DNA of 64,000 bases from Mobula hypostoma (lineage: Eukaryota). The translations under genes were made by a program, and so were the position numbers. The notes under the pieces are model-generated. The model saw only the letters and a program-made list of their open reading frames with translations, was not told where the DNA came from and searched no databases. Positions 1 to 14,404 of the stretch are shown here, piece after piece. The stretch covers positions 68,946,001-69,010,000 of the forward strand of contig NC_086097.1 of NCBI RefSeq assembly GCF_963921235.1. Reading direction: 5' to 3'. The number at the start of each line of letters is the position of its first letter. The stretch's first letter is position 1.

Positions 1-456
1 ATAAATTTCTTATTTTAAATTTCTTTTCATAAGAGCAGGAGATAGGGAAAAATTAAATCCACTGATGTGCACAATACAAAATAGGCAGTTTTAAATTGTC
101 CAGTACTGAGTAGATGGGCTGAAGAGTTTGTTTCTGAGCTGTACTTTTCTAAGACTCTGTATAATAATACACCTGAAAGATGTGGTGAAATATGCCTCTT
201 ATAAATTGTTTGAAATTTTATGATCTCACCTTATGACGTCAATAGCACCTCTACAATGTTCGGCATCCAAATGAGATGTTGTGTGAAATAATGATTATAC
301 TTGTCCTTATTTGTGGAAATTGTCTGTCACATTGCTTCTTTTTCTAAAATGTCCTAACCTTTTGTTTTTACAAGAGAGCCAAAATGTAACAAGATGTTAT
401 ACAGCTGAAGTCTTCTGTAAATTGTTTTACATAATTGACAAATTGAACCAACTTAC

Positions 457-620
457 CTTGGGGCTTGCAGAACCTTCTAAATCATGTGCAGTCACATCAG
501 TTGCCAATATCTCCGCTTTGATTATGTCCAGGGCTCCAAGAATCCAACTGTGCTGGCGTTTGATTTGCCTCTGTAGTTCCTGCCACTGACTTGCAATAAT
601 CTGCAGCATGTCTCTCAATC
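457..620 (-). CDS. AKAP6: AKAP6 coding exon, equivalent to exon 7 (164 bp, phase 1/0); the gene continues beyond the left edge
   Basis: (G)LRDMLQIIASQWQELQRQIKRQHSWILGALDIIKAEILATDVTAHDLEGSASPK. Acceptor ctttgaag|GA, donor AAG|gtaagt. Phase matches the previous exon. Confidence 0.95.
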
Positions 621-2551
621 CTTCAAAGCAGAGCAACTAGATATCAGCACACAACAGGAGCAACACAAATCGTAATAATATTCAATTAACAAATGTCACA
701 GCAGTGACAATATTTTGCAAATTGTATTTGTACATGAATATTTCATTGAGCTGTATGAAACATCTGCAGGAAAGCACTTTTTCTGAACTTACTGCCATTT
801 AAAATCAAGGCAACTACTCTTTACAAATACCATCTTCTCACATTTGTAAATGAAGTTGGAATGTATTGAATTCCAGAAAGGATGGCATCTAATGCTATTA
901 ACTACAAAGACATCCTTATTTCAAACAATGATGTTTCAATTGAAAACTAACACCATTTTATTCATAGCTCTGCTTCAGTGATTTGCCTCAACACAAACTT
1001 CTGAATGGCATCCTGCTGTACCAATCAATACAGCATTTCAGCCTCTTGGAGATAGGTCTTTGGGGTCTTACACTATCAAGTCAGCTACAATGCTTTGGAT
1101 TGATAGAAGCTGTGCTGACTTCGAAGATTGGGACTATCAAAAATAAATTAATTTATAGCCATCACAATCATCCGAGTGCTGGAAGAAAACATTTTCATCT
1201 TCTGTTCTGCTGAACTTAAATTGGTTCTCAGCAGGGGCCAAGAGCAATAGAACTATCTCCAATCATGTTTCATCCTAATATAACAACAGATGAACAGTGG
1301 ACAAGAGCACTGTCAGCTTTTAAAACATTGTTCTGAACAGTCTGATTTTTGCAATGAAATTTTATGTAACCTTGAAATGATAGAAGAGCAAAGAAGTTGA
1401 ATTCCTGGAATTGTGAAGCATTAATTTAACCTACCTTGCAAGTGGGAAGCTATGGAATAGCTGAAACCCTGGGATTTATGACTCACTCAGTATTGCTCAC
1501 CATTGATTTAACTGACAGTTTAATTCAGGTTGAATGTAAAACCAATATTGTACAGGTCCTGACAGTGGACAACAGGCAGGCTAAGCTAATATTACCCATA
1601 TTTAATTAGTTAAAATAGTTACTAAGCTTTATTTAATTGTTTATTTCACTAATTTATCATCTTCAGCATGATGTACTCACTTGCGTTCCTTCTAATTACA
1701 AGGAATTTATTCTAACTTTCAATTAACGACAGAAGTAGTAAAAATATTTCTCCTCTTTTGATCTTGGGTTACAATAACAGCTGGATGAATCAGAATACTG
1801 CTTACTGTGTTTGAGAGTGGACACAAATGGACAGCAATATCATTCTTTTTAACTTACCTAAAAATAAATCACAAAGACTAAATCTTACATAACTAGATAA
1901 AATATTATAGCAATTAATATCTCAGTAATTGCTCATTCTTCCAACCTCCAAAATTATTTTAAAACACTCCTGATTCTCAGAAACATATTCTGATATCTGA
2001 TTTCACACCATGGTAAATTTTCTCTGAATGTTAATTCTTAAAATGCCTTTGGATTTTGTGAAACATTTTCTGCAATTACCTAACTCTGCAGCAAATCATT
2101 GCCCTGCCAAATTTCATCTCCCTTTTTTCACCGTGGTTCTGTACAGTCTCCTCCCTATCTACACTCAACTATGGAAATAATCTTATTCTCCTTTTTCTGC
2201 TTCCAGTTTCCTTCAGACCTAAACCATCAGGTTTTGCTAAATTTGCCGTTTCATGGAAGTACAGATTGAGCAGCTTAGCTTTCACGCTGATTACCATAAA
2301 TTCTTCACCAAAATTCATAATGCGGGATACTATATTGGTTTTCATATGTTCATTCAGACAATAACTTTCAGATTTAAAGTTCATGAGATACATCTGGTTC
2401 AACCACTCTGATGGTGACATGTACAATATATCACACTTCATATTTTAAAACCCATCCAAATTTTTCCTTGCCCACTTATTCAAAGTTTGGCTGAATTAAT
2501 ACATTTAGGTTTAAAGGAACAATACTACTGTTGTGTATGGTGGTTTAAATA

Positions 2552-3141
2552 CACTCAGTGGCAACTTTATCAGGTACAAGATTCAAACCCGGTGTAGTCT
2601 TCTGCTGCTGTAGTCCATCCACTTCAAGGTTTGACATGTTGTGCATTCAGAGATGCTCTTCTGCACACCAACTGTTGTAACACATGGTTATTTGAGTTAT
2701 TGTTGCCTTCTTATCAGCTTGAACCAGGCTGGCCATTCTGCTTTGACCTCATAAGGCATTTACACCCACAGAACTGCCACTCATTGGATGCTTTTTGTTT
2801 ATCGCACCTTTCTTTGTAAATTCTAGAAACTGTTCTATGTTTTATCTCACCACTAGCAAGGAAAATCTTAATATCTAGGGAATGCATGAAAATTCCTGGA
2901 GACTAGCAGTCAGTTCATGAGATACTCAAATCACCCTGTCTGGCACCAACAATCATTCCACAATCAAAGTCATTTAGATCATATTTCTTTCCCATTCTGA
3001 TGTTCGCCCTGAACAACAACTGAACTTCTTGACCATGTTTGCATGCTTTTATGATTGAGTTGCTGCCACATGATTGATTGATTAGATATTTGCATTAACG
3101 AGCAGGTGTACAGGTGTACCAAATAAAGCAGGCACTGGGTG
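2552..3141 (-). mobile_element. Tc1-like DNA transposon, internally deleted
   Basis: TA-flanked imperfect TIRs (cactcagtggcaactttatcaggtaca ... tgtaccaaataaagcaggcactgggtg). Interior is homologous to the copies at 16.3, 48.6 and 58.0 kb. Confidence 0.8.
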
Positions 3142-4699
3142 TATATGATTGCTTCAAAGAGTCTGCACCGTACCCTAAAAAACCAAAGACATTTGGCATT
3201 CTCTATGGCCACAACCATGATGCATCTATTTCCCTCCATAAACATTCTGCAGCTTTTGACCAAGTCTGCCATCTTCCTCCAATCTCTTTCTTATCCAGTT
3301 CACCATAACATCACAGTTTTGTTATCATAAATTTCCTTTTATGCTCCAAAATCAATATCTTGGGATTTTCCCAAATGTCTGTCTGTGGCTTCCTTCTCCA
3401 TCCTTATGCTTATTCCTGGTGACTTCATCCAAAGAGATGGAATCAGGATTCACATGTACACTGATGTTCGCTGGCCACTTCTGCCAAACCACCTACTTCT
3501 GCATTATCTGGTTGATTAGTCAACATCACTTTTTTAAAATGAGCTGGACATCTGCCTTTTAAGTGCAGGGAAGTGCAAAAGCCGAGAAGATGCAATGTAC
3601 CTGAGATAATCGCAAGAGGAGAAGACAATAGTGGCTGAAGATGATTGCAGGAAAAGGATGATCTGGGAGGTGTGGAGGGGAGATACTTGGATTGTCAGTC
3701 AGATGGGAAGGTACTTTGGAGATGGTGATTGGGGGATTGTGTAGAGGATATTAGTGACGGTTACTCTGAAAATGATTTAGGATTGTCTTTTTCTGGAGTG
3801 GGGGTTCAATTAAGGAAATTATTAGAGAAGCTTAGGACATTGTCAGCATGGAAGAATAAGAAATGTTGGGAGAAATCACTAAAGAAGCCATTACTTAGAA
3901 GTTTAACCACACTTCACCCCATCCATTTTTTAAATCTTTTTCAGGCCTACTGCGGTGTACAGAACATGTTTCCTTCCCATGCCTACATAATGCAAGTAAA
4001 ATCAAAACAAGCAGTACATGGTCTCTTGCGCATTTGTCTGTCAAATAGATCAAGACCTAAACCTAAGGTAAGTGAGTGGATGTTACCATGAAAACATTGT
4101 GCCATTTCAATCAAATTTCTTGGAGAATCTTAGACATTTAACACAAATTCTGTCTACAAGTGCCCTGCCCATTGAGTTAGGTTGAAATTGACTGTTTGCC
4201 ATGCTGGTGACCTGAGCTGTGCCCTGTCCAATTCCATTTTCTTGTTTTAGAAAAAATAAATAAAAGCTGGCTGCAGTTCATTCTACATCAGCTGTTCATG
4301 TGAAGTAGATACAGGTTTTCTCTGGCATGAATAAGGTGGATTCTATAAATGTAGGCTCTGGTGAAGGAAGTATGTATTACTCAACTTTTATTCTGGTTTA
4401 CATAATATCTTCACAATGATCCAAATTGGGTGGCTGCACTCAACCTCCACAAACACCCGCAAAGTGATTTTTATCCCAGTGAAAATTGTTCAATTGAAAG
4501 GAAAGCAAATGCCATGCAAAATTGGGTGAGACTTGATTTTCTAATCTCCCCCACCACCAGAGATTTAAAAAAAACACAGAAATATACCTAAGTAAACTAT
4601 TGAAGTACATGCATATTCTCACCAAATTAAGTGGAACTTGCCTAAATAAGCAAATTGAAGTAATTTGTTCTGTCATCTTTTCTTGCTTTAGCAACTCAC

Positions 4700-4796
4700 C
4701 TGATTTGTGAGACTCAATAAGCTCCAAAAGCTGCTGACCCTCTTCCACCACGGCATCTTTAAGCGCACAGTGACTGTCTACATTAAGTTTAAAACT
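4700..4796 (-). CDS. AKAP6: AKAP6 coding exon, equivalent to exon 6 (97 bp, phase 0/1)
   Basis: SFKLNVDSHCALKDAVVEEGQQLLELIESHKS(G). Acceptor tttttgcag|AGT, donor TCAG|gtgagt. Confidence 0.95.
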
Positions 4797-5199
4797 CTGC
4801 AAAAAAATACATACATTTGAAATTAATACCATTTTCACCCATGTTGTTCTGTCCTGCAATGAAGAAAAAAATTTCTGCCAGCTTTGGATATAAGATTCCT
4901 CTTGCACCTTGCCCAAGTAATTACTCTCCTCCTCTAAGCCAAGACAAGGAAAATGAAAAGAATTTGATCCTCGTCCAATATCAACGAACATGTACATTCC
5001 AAGGATAAGGGCTGAAAAGAAGGGCATGAGACAGAAAACAGGAACAGGTCATTTTGCCATTTCTGAGCACATTGACACATCGGATTGCGTAGAGGGAGAG
5101 ATTTTTTAAAAGAAGTGAGCAGGGACATTCGGCACATTTTGCGCACCACAGTTCCCGAGGAGACATTGGATTGTGCAGAATTAGGCATTTGACAAGATT

Positions 5200-8100
5200 C
5201 AGTAAAAAGAAGTTAGGTTTAAATGGAGCTGCCATTGTGTGAGTGAGCCAGTGTTAAAGTGGGGAGTTGTGGCTTTGGTTCATAGGCCATGAGTACATTT
5301 TATTTTCGTTATTTATTCTTTCTTTCTTATTGCATATTTAAAACAGTGGGGATGTCAGACAGGATAATGGAATACTCCTTTTGCATGATGTGGGAAGGCA
5401 GGGAGATTTCCAATGTCCCTGACAACCACACCCGCAGAAAGTGCACTCAGCTGCAGCTTCTAATACTGCATTAAGGAGTTGGAGCTGGAACTGGATGAAC
5501 TCCAGATCATTTGGGAGGCTGAAGGGTTGGTAGACAGGACATATGGGAAGGTAGTTACACCCAAGGTACAGGACACAGGTAACTGAGTGACCGTCAGGAG
5601 GGAGAAAAGGAATAGGGGGGCCAGTGCTGAGTACCTCTGTGGCCGTTACCCACACCCACAGGTATACTGCTTTGGATACTGTTGTGGGGTGATAACCTAG
5701 AAGAGGAAATCTACAGTGGTCAGGTCTCTGGCATTGAGTCTGGCTCTGTAGCTCAGAAGGGAAGGAAGTAAAATAGGCAAGCTGTAGTGATAGGGGATTC
5801 ATTGGTTAGGGGAATGGAAAGGAGGTTCTGTGGATGAGAACAAGATTTCCAAAGGGTATGTTGCCTCCTGGGTGCCAGGGTTTGGGACATCTCTATCGGC
5901 TCCACTGCATTCTTAAGTGGGAGGGTGAGCAGCCAGAGGTTGTGGTCCACATCGGTACCAATGATATGGGTGGGAAGGGTGACGGGGTCCTGCAACATGA
6001 GTTCAGGGTACTCAGTTAAAGGACAGGAACTCCAGAGTTGTGATCTCAGGATTGCTACCCATGCCACGTGCTAGTAAGACCAGAAATAAGAAGATCATAC
6101 AGCTTAACAAGTGGCTGGATGGGAAAATGTTTGTTAAATCTGTTCAGGAAAGTTTCCTTAATCAATACATAGAAGTCCCAACTACAGAGAGTGCAACACT
6201 GGATCTCCAACGAGGGAATGAGACTAGGCAGGTGACAGAAGTTTGTATAGGGAAACACTTTGCATCATAATGCCATTAATTTCAAGGTAATTACGGAAAA
6301 GGATAGGTCTGGTCCTCTGAGATTTTAATTCGGAGAAAGGCCAATTTGGATGGTTTCAGAAAGAATCTGGCAAGTGTGGATTGGGACAGGTTGTTTTCTG
6401 GCAAAGTTGTACTTGGTAAGTGGAAGGATTTCAAAAGTGAAAATTTGAGGGTACAGAATTTGTATGTTTCTGTCAGAATGAAAGGCAAGGGTAAAAGTTT
6501 TAGGTAACCTTAGTTTTTGAGAGATATTGAGGCTCTGGTTAAGAAAAAGGAGGTTCATAATAGGTATAGGCAGGCAGGAAAAATGAGGTACTTGGGGAGG
6601 ATAAGAAATGCAAGAGAACACTTAAGAAGGAAATCAGCTGAGCTAAAATAAGACATGAGGTTGCTCTAGCAGACAGGGTGAAGGGGAATTATAAGGGATT
6701 CTACAGATATATTGAGATCAAAAGGATAGCAAGGGACAAAATTGGTCCGCTGAAAGATCAGAGCGGTAATCCAATACATGAAGCCGAAAGAGATGGGGGA
6801 GGTCTTAAGTCAATGGTTTGCATCTGTATTTACTTAGGAGATGGACACAGAGTCTGTAGAAGTGAAGCAAAGCAGCAGTGAGATCATGAAATCCATACAG
6901 ATTACAGAGGAGGAGGTGTTTGCTGTCTTGAAGCAAATTAAGACGGACAAATTCCTAGCGCCTGCAGGAGGCAATTGCAGAAATTGCGGGGCTCTACAGA
7001 GATATTTAAATCATCTTTAGTGGCAGGTAAGGTACCAGGGGATTGGAGGATAGACAATATTGTTCCATTGTTTAAGAAAGGCTTTAAAGAATAAATCAGA
7101 AAATTATAGGCCAGTGAGCCTGACATCATATTAGTGGATAAGTTATTGGAAGACATTTAACACACCGGATATGTAAGTACTTGGATAAACAGAGACTGAT
7201 TAGCAATGGTCAATATGCCTTTGTGTGTGGTAGGTCACATAAAATCTATCTTGAGAAGGTTACCAGGAAAGCAAGGTAGTGGATGTTGTCTACATGGACT
7301 TCAGCAAGGCCTTTGACAAGATCCCACATAGGAGGTTGGACAAGAAGACTCAGTTGCTTGGCATTCAAGATGAGGTAGTACATTGGACTAGACACTAGCT
7401 TAGTGGCAGAAGCCAGAGAGCGGTAATAGATGTTTACCCCTCTGACTGGAGGTTTGAGACTAGCAGAGTGCCTCAGGGATCAGTGATGGGTCCATTGTTG
7501 TTTGTCATCTTTATCAATGATCTGGCTAATAATATGGTAAACTGGATCAGCAAATTTTGCAGATGGCGCCAAGATTAGGGGTGCAGTGGACACTGGACAG
7601 CAAGGAGGACTAGCAAGTCTTGTAGCAGGATCTGAACCAGCTGGAAAAATGGGCTGAAAACTGGCAGATGGAATTTAATGCAGACAAGCGTGAGGTGTTG
7701 CACTTTGGGAGGACCAAGCACAGTAGGTCTTCTACAGTGAGTGGCAGGGCACTGAGGAGTGTGGTAGAACAGAGCGATCTGGGAATACAGATCCATAATT
7801 CATTGAAAGTGGAATCACAGGTAGATAGGGTCGTAAAGAAAGATTTCAGCACATTGGCCTTCATAAATCAGTGTATTGAATACAGGAGTTGAGATGTTAT
7901 GTTGAAATTGTTTCAGATGTAGATGAGGTATAATTTGAAGTATGGTGTGCAGTTTTTGTAACCTTCCTACAGGAAAGATGTAAATAAGATTGAAAGTGTG
8001 TAGAGAAAATTTACAAGGATGTTACCGGCACTTGAGGACCTGAGTTATAGGGAAACATTGAATAGGTTCAGACTTCATTCCCCGGAATTGAGGGGAGACT

Positions 8101-8471
8101 TGATAGAGGCATACAAAATTATGAGGGATATAAATAGGCTAAATGCAAGCAGGCTTTTTCCACTGAAATTGGATGAGACTACAACTAGAGGTTTAGGTTA
8201 AGGGTGAAAGGTGGAATGTTTAAAGGGAAGGTGAGGGAGAATTTCTTCATTCAGAGGGTGTTGAGAGTGTTTTATGAACTGCTAGAGCAAATGGTGGATG
8301 TAGGTTTGATTTCAATATTTCGGGGAAATTTCGATAGGTACATGGATGGTATGGGTTTGGAGGACTATGGTCCGTGTGCAGGTCAATGAGACTAGACAGA
8401 CTGATGCTTCAGCCTGAACCACATGGGCCAAAGGGCCTGTTTCTGTGCCCTAGTGTTCCATGACTCTGTGA
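5200..8471 (+). mobile_element. CR1 LINE, decayed: ORF1 with SGNH-esterase motifs plus a partly deleted ORF2 (endonuclease-RT)
   Basis: VIGDSLVRG and VVHIGTND motifs, RT remnants (DFSKAFDK, PQGSV, MEFNADK..VLHFGR), CR1-type 3' end (ctgtttctgtg...atgactct). Confidence 0.9.
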
Positions 8472-9734
8472 TCAGATGTCCCACTTTTGCCCTGGTACAG
8501 ATTGCAGATCCAAAGAAGATATGATTGAAATTTGGGTCTTTTAAACGGTGCCAATGCATAAGACATGTTTATCCAGCAAACCACCACAGAATACAAACCA
8601 ATAAACTAAATCTTGCATTGGCAGAACATTGCTGTTGCATTGTTTGGGTGGCATGGGAAATGGAAGCAAACCTTGGACAAGCTGAATGTCTTTACTATGT
8701 TGGATTCTCTTCCTCTGTGTTCGGATATGACATAGGAAGTGTTTGTGAAATGACATTGGCCATGATCTCCCTTATCAATGAAAATTAAATGAATCTGAAT
8801 TTACATGAACGTAACTCTGATTGTTAATTCCCAAGAGCAGCATGTTGATATACCTGAGACATTGAAGGTAGCAGAACATGTATATTAAATTGGGGTGTTG
8901 TCACCTGCTCCTCATGAAAAGTTCCCTTGCATGCAGTAAAAGGCCTTAGTATATTATTAGCAGGTAACTAAAGGGTATCATTTTGTGAATGCAACCTCAA
9001 CCAGTAGCTGATTGGGCATCAAGATTCCACTGCCAAAATCAAAACGGTTATAAACATATTTACAAATTATTTATACTTTAAGTTTAGTTACTGTGTTTAT
9101 TAAATTGTATCTATTGAAATAAAATGTAACACTGGAACTGAATCTTATGCCTTGAATGTATGATAACAAGTATTTAGTTTATGATTATAATTAGACACAT
9201 ACATATGATGCTTACACTGATAATTAATTTAATTAACCTAATTAAGCACCAAAGCAATTAATTATAGCTTGGCTCTTGACCTAGTCAGAAAATCCTGAGA
9301 AGAACAGCATGAAATAATAAGGAAATTACTTTGCACCCTGATTTCATAATCAATGGTCCTACAAGCCTTAATGTTACTGAACGTTAACTACAGCATTTTT
9401 AGCAGTACAGATTGCACTTGTGAAGTAAGCCTTTGACAACAAGAACAACAAGAATCCATTTACAATTCTGAAACTTCCATTTATCATCATTTTGACTACA
9501 CCCATGATGGGACACGAAGCACAGCCCCCTGTAGTAATTAAAGTCCAGATGTATTCACCAGAAGAAAAAGTGGCATTCAGTGAAGAGAAACTGCAAACTA
9601 CAATTTAATCATTTCAGAATCTTGGTTTTAATATGTCATGTTTGTAGCATAATATAATTGTTAGGATTCTTATTACTTGTTATAGGTATTTAATGCACTA
9701 ATATTATTTTGCAATAGCGCCCCAGGGGCCCTCA

Positions 9735-12700
9735 ACAGTCAGAGGAACAGACAGAGATTCTGTCTGAACAGGACACCTTGGTGGCATGTTGTCTTCCAGG
9801 TGCCAGGGTCAGGAACATCTCGGATTGTGTCCACAGCATTTGCAGAGGAAGGGAGAGCAGCCAGATGTCTCGGTACATATTGGAACCAATGACATAAGAA
9901 GGAAAAGCAAAGAGGTCCTGAAGAGACAATTTAGAGAGCTAGGTAGAAAGCTGAGAAGCAGGACTGCCCGGGTAGTAATTTCTGGACTGCTACCTGTGCC
10001 ACGCACCAGTGAGGGTAGAAGCAGGATGATTTGGCTGAGAAGTTGGTGCGGGGGCAGGGTTTCACGTTCTAGGATCATTGGAATCTCTTCTGGGGTTGCA
10101 CCTGAATCTGAGGGGAACCAATATTCTTGCAAGCAGATTTGTTAGAGCTGTTGGAGAGGGCTTAAACTAATTTGGCGGGGGATGAGTACTGGGATGAAGG
10201 GACTCAGGATAGGATAGATGGTAAAAAACAAAGATAGCGTGCAGTCAGACTGACAGAAAAGCAGGCAAATGATAAGATAAAACTGCAGCCAGCAGGGTGA
10301 GTATCAGTGCATTAGGGATGCAGAATCAAAAAGGGTAGCAAATACAGTACTCAAAATGTTAGATCTCAATTCATCACTGTGGCTATCACTGAATTGTGGC
10401 TGAAGGATGGCTGCAGTTGGGAGTTGAATGCCCAAAGTTAGGTCCTGTAGCAGAGGGATAGAAAGGCAGGCAGAGGGTGTGGCAAGGCTTTGCTGGTAAA
10501 GAATGATATCAAATCCTTAGAAAGATGTGACACAGGATCAGAAGATGTTGAATCTTTGTGGGTTGAGTTAAGAAACTGCCAGGGTAAAAGAACCCTGATG
10601 GCAGTTATATATAGGACTCCAAACAGAAGCCGGGATGTGGACTACAGATTACAATGAGAAGTAGAAAAGTTGTGTCAAAAGGGCAATGTTATAATAGTCA
10701 TGGGAGATTTTAACAGGCAGGTAGATTGTGAAAATCAGGTTGGTAATGGATACCAAGAGAATAAATTTGTTGAATGTCTACAAGATGGCTTATTACAGTA
10801 GTTTGTCGTCGAGCCCACTAGGGGATCAGCTATACTGGATTGGGTGATATGTAATGAACCAGAGGCAATTAGGGAGCTTAAGGTAAAAGAACTCTTAAGA
10901 GACAGTAATCGTAATATGATTGAGTTCAACTTGAAATTTGATAAGGAGAAAGCAAAGAGTAGCAGTATTTCAGTGGAATAAAGAAAATTACAGTGGTATG
11001 AGAGAAGAGTTGGCCAAAGTAAATTGGAAGGAGATGCTGGAAGGGGTGACAGCAGAGCAGCAATGGCTTGAGTTTCTTGGAAAAATGAGGAAGGTGCAGG
11101 ACATGTGTATTCCAAAAGTGAAGAAATACCCAAATGGCAAAATAGTACAACTGTGGCTGACAAGGGAAGTCAAAGCTAATGTAAGAGCAAAAGAGAGGGC
11201 ATACAACAGAGCAAAAGATTAGCAGGAAGACAGAGGATTGGGAAGCTTTTAAAAACCCACAGAGAGAAAGCAAGAGGAATTATTAGGAGGGAAAAGATGA
11301 AATATGAAAGCAAGATGGCAAAGAATATCAAGGTGGATAGAAAAAGCTTTTTCAAATATTTAAGAAATAAAAGAGAGATGAGAGTGGATATAGGACCACT
11401 GCAAAATGAGGCTGGAAGAATAATAACAGGGGACAATGAAATGGCAGATGAACTAAATAAGTATTTTGCATCAGTCTTCTCTATGGAAGACACTAGCAAT
11501 GTGCCAGGTGTTGAAAGGTGTAAGGGAAGAGAAGTGAGTGCAGTTACTATCACAAGGGAGAAGGTGCTCAAAAAGCTGAAAGACCTAAAGGTACATACGT
11601 CACCTGGACCAGATGAACAGAACCCTAGGGTTCTGAAGGAGGTAGCAGTAGAGATTGTGGGGGCATTAGTAATGATCTTTCAAGAATCATTGGACTCTGG
11701 CATGGTTCCAGAGGACTGGAAAATTGCAAATGCCACTCCGCTCTTTAAGAAAGGAGGAAGCCAACAGAAAGGAAATTATAGACCAGTTAGCATGACCTCA
11801 GTGGTTCGAAAGATATTGGAGTCAATTGTTAAGGATGAAGTTATGGAGTACTTGGAGACACAGGACAAAATAGGACATGATTTCCTTAAGGAAAAATCTT
11901 GTCTGGCAAAACTGTTGGAATTCTTTGAGGATGTTATAAGTAGGATAGATAAATGGGATGTAGTCGATGTTATATACTTGGACTTTCAAAGGCCTTTGAT
12001 AAGGTGCCACACACGAGGCTGCTTACCAAGTTAAGAGCCCATGGTATTATGTAAAGCTACTAGCATAGTTAGAGCATTGGCTGATTGGTAGGAGGCAGTG
12101 AGTGGGAATAAAAGAATCCTTTTCTGGTTGGCTGCCAGTGACTAGTGGTATTCCATAGGGGTCTGTGTTTGGACCGCTTCTTTTTGTGATGTATATCAAT
12201 GATTTAGATGACAGAATAGATGGCATTGTTGCCAAGTTTGCTGATGATACAAAGATTGGTGGAAGTTAGTGTTGAGGAAACAGGTAGGATGCAGAGGACT
12301 TGGACAGATTAGGAAAATGGGCAAGAAAGTGAGATGAAATACAATGTTGGAAAATGCATGGTCATGCACTTTGGTTAAAGAAATAAATGTAACCAGGTGA
12401 CCATTGAATATAATTTTTTATTGTTAAAGTGCACTTATGTATTCACCTTGGTAATGCTAAAATAGCTGCTTGTGCCTTTAGGAGAAAATGATGATGTCAC
12501 TTTGCATGTGTGAAGTAGAACGAAGAGTTGCCATTTTCTAGAAAGGATGATGTTCGAATGCTTTTCCCAGGTTTGGTGAGGAAAGATTTTCGTGAGTAAA
12601 TTGATCAACGCTGGAATGGTGTGATTGCAAAATTCCTTAATCGACCTACTAGTTGTGAGCGAGGAGAACTCATTTCAGGGTCTAGCCTATACATGTTTGG

Positions 12701-13832
12701 AAGTTAAGCACGTGTGTGCCAAATGTGAGTATCTCTCTCAGTTAAGATGAGATGTATTTATTCATATTTTCAATGTTCTGTATAAGGTACAGGGTTGATG
12801 GGATTCTACCATAGTTAGTATTTTTTTAGAATTGCCACTACCGTATAGTTTTGTATATTTCATTTTAATTATTTTCATACTGCATACGTAACAAGGGTGT
12901 GGTCTGAAGTTAAACTGAGATTGTAATAGTGGGAACAGGTGTTTAAAATTTATTTTGTTGTTTTTATTTTAATACTCTCTTTCTGCAATAAAACATCTAA
13001 AACAGATAAAGGAATTTAAGACACGAAAAGGTACTTGTTGTTCTGCGTGTGTATTATAACCCAAGCTACATATTTTCCAAATGGGAAAAATATTCAAAAA
13101 TCTTAGATGCAAAGGGACTTGGGAGTCCTTGTGCAGAACACCCTAAAGGATAACTTGCATGTTGATTTTGTGGTGAGGAAGGCAAATGCAATGTTAGCAT
13201 TCATTTCAAGAGGTCTAGAATACAAGAGCAGGGATGTGATGCTGAGGCTTTATAAGGCACTGGTGAGGCCTCACCTTGAGTAATGTGAACAGCTTTGGGT
13301 TCCTTATCTAAGAAAAGATGTGCTGACATTGGAGAGGGTTCAGGGCAGATTCAAGAGGATGATTCCGGGAATGAAAGGGTTATCATGTGAAGAACACTTG
13401 ATGGCTCTGGGCCTGTACTCACTGGTATTGAGAAGGATGGGAGGGAATCTCATTGAAACTTTTCGAATGTTGAAAGGCTTAGACGGAATAGATATGGAAA
13501 GGATGTTTCCCACGGAGGGAGAGTCTAGAACGAGAGAGCACAGCCTCAGGATGGAGGGGCATCCATTTAAAACGGAGATGCGGTGAAATTTCTTTAGCCA
13601 GAGGGTGGTGAAATTGTGGAATTTGTTACCGCAGGCAGCTGTGGAGGCCAAGTCGTTGGGTATATTTAACGCAGAGATTGATAGGTTCTTGATTGGCCAT
13701 GGCATCAAAGTTTACGGGGAGAGGGCCGGGGAGTGGGGCTGAGGAGGGAAGGAATGATCAGACATGATTGAATGGCGGAGCAGATTTGGTGGAGCAAATG
13801 GCTTAATTCTGCTACTATGTCTAATGGTCTTA
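9735..13832 (+). mobile_element. CR1 LINE (ORF1 end plus ORF2), interrupted by a putative solo LTR
   Basis: VHIGTNDI, 245-aa ORF2 piece with NYRPVS...YLDFQ, KFADDTK region, 3' tail ctgctactatgtctaatggtctta. Confidence 0.9.
12388..13070 (+). mobile_element. Putative solo LTR inserted in CR1 ORF2
   Basis: 683 bp of non-CR1 sequence with TGTAAC...GCTACA termini and AATAAA at 12987-12992. CR1 resumes on both sides. No clear TSD. Confidence 0.55.
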
Positions 13833-14320
13833 GCAGAGGAACACTTCCATCAGTATAATTCCCATGCCCTTTCCTTGTAGCTCCTGCAAATTATTTTCCC
13901 TCAGGTGCCCTTTTAATCCCTTTCTGAAATCCCTGTTTAACTGAGGGGGTGAGGAATATAGTAAATTTTGTGTTCCAACCAAGCTTCACTCATACTCTCC
14001 CTGTGTATTTTGCCATTATTTTGAATCTTGGCCATCTTAGTTCTCAAACCATCCAACAGCTGCACTCTATTTGCCCTATCTAAACATGATGATTTTGCAA
14101 GTACCTATTGAACCTGTTCTCAATTTTGTTTGCACTAAGGAGAACACTACAATCTTCTGTAGTCTAACCAATCCCTCATGCCTGAAACCGCTCTAGTGAA
14201 AATTTCTGCACCCTCTTTACAACCTTCTCTAGGTGACTAGAACAGAACCTGAAATTCAAGCTATGGTCAGTCTGATGTTTAACAAAAGTTTCATGTGAAT
14301 TTGGTCTAAACAGCTTACTT

Positions 14321-14404
14321 GAAGGGTCTCAGCCTGAAACGTCAGCTGTTTTCATTTCCATAGATGCTGCCTGACCTGCTGAGTTCCACCAGCATTTTGT
14401 ATTT
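14321..14404 (+). mobile_element. Short Penelope-like terminal-repeat fragment with a truncated hammerhead
   Basis: gaagggtctcagcctgaaacgtc...gatgctgcctgacctgctgagtt, flanked by a 7-bp direct repeat cttactt (14314-14320, 14405-14411). Confidence 0.7.

Noticed and set aside
4440..5027. 195-aa ORF suggesting a larger exon or separate gene
   Set aside because: Only 4700-4796 is AKAP6-like and bounded by splice sites. The rest is intronic read-through with no recognisable homology.
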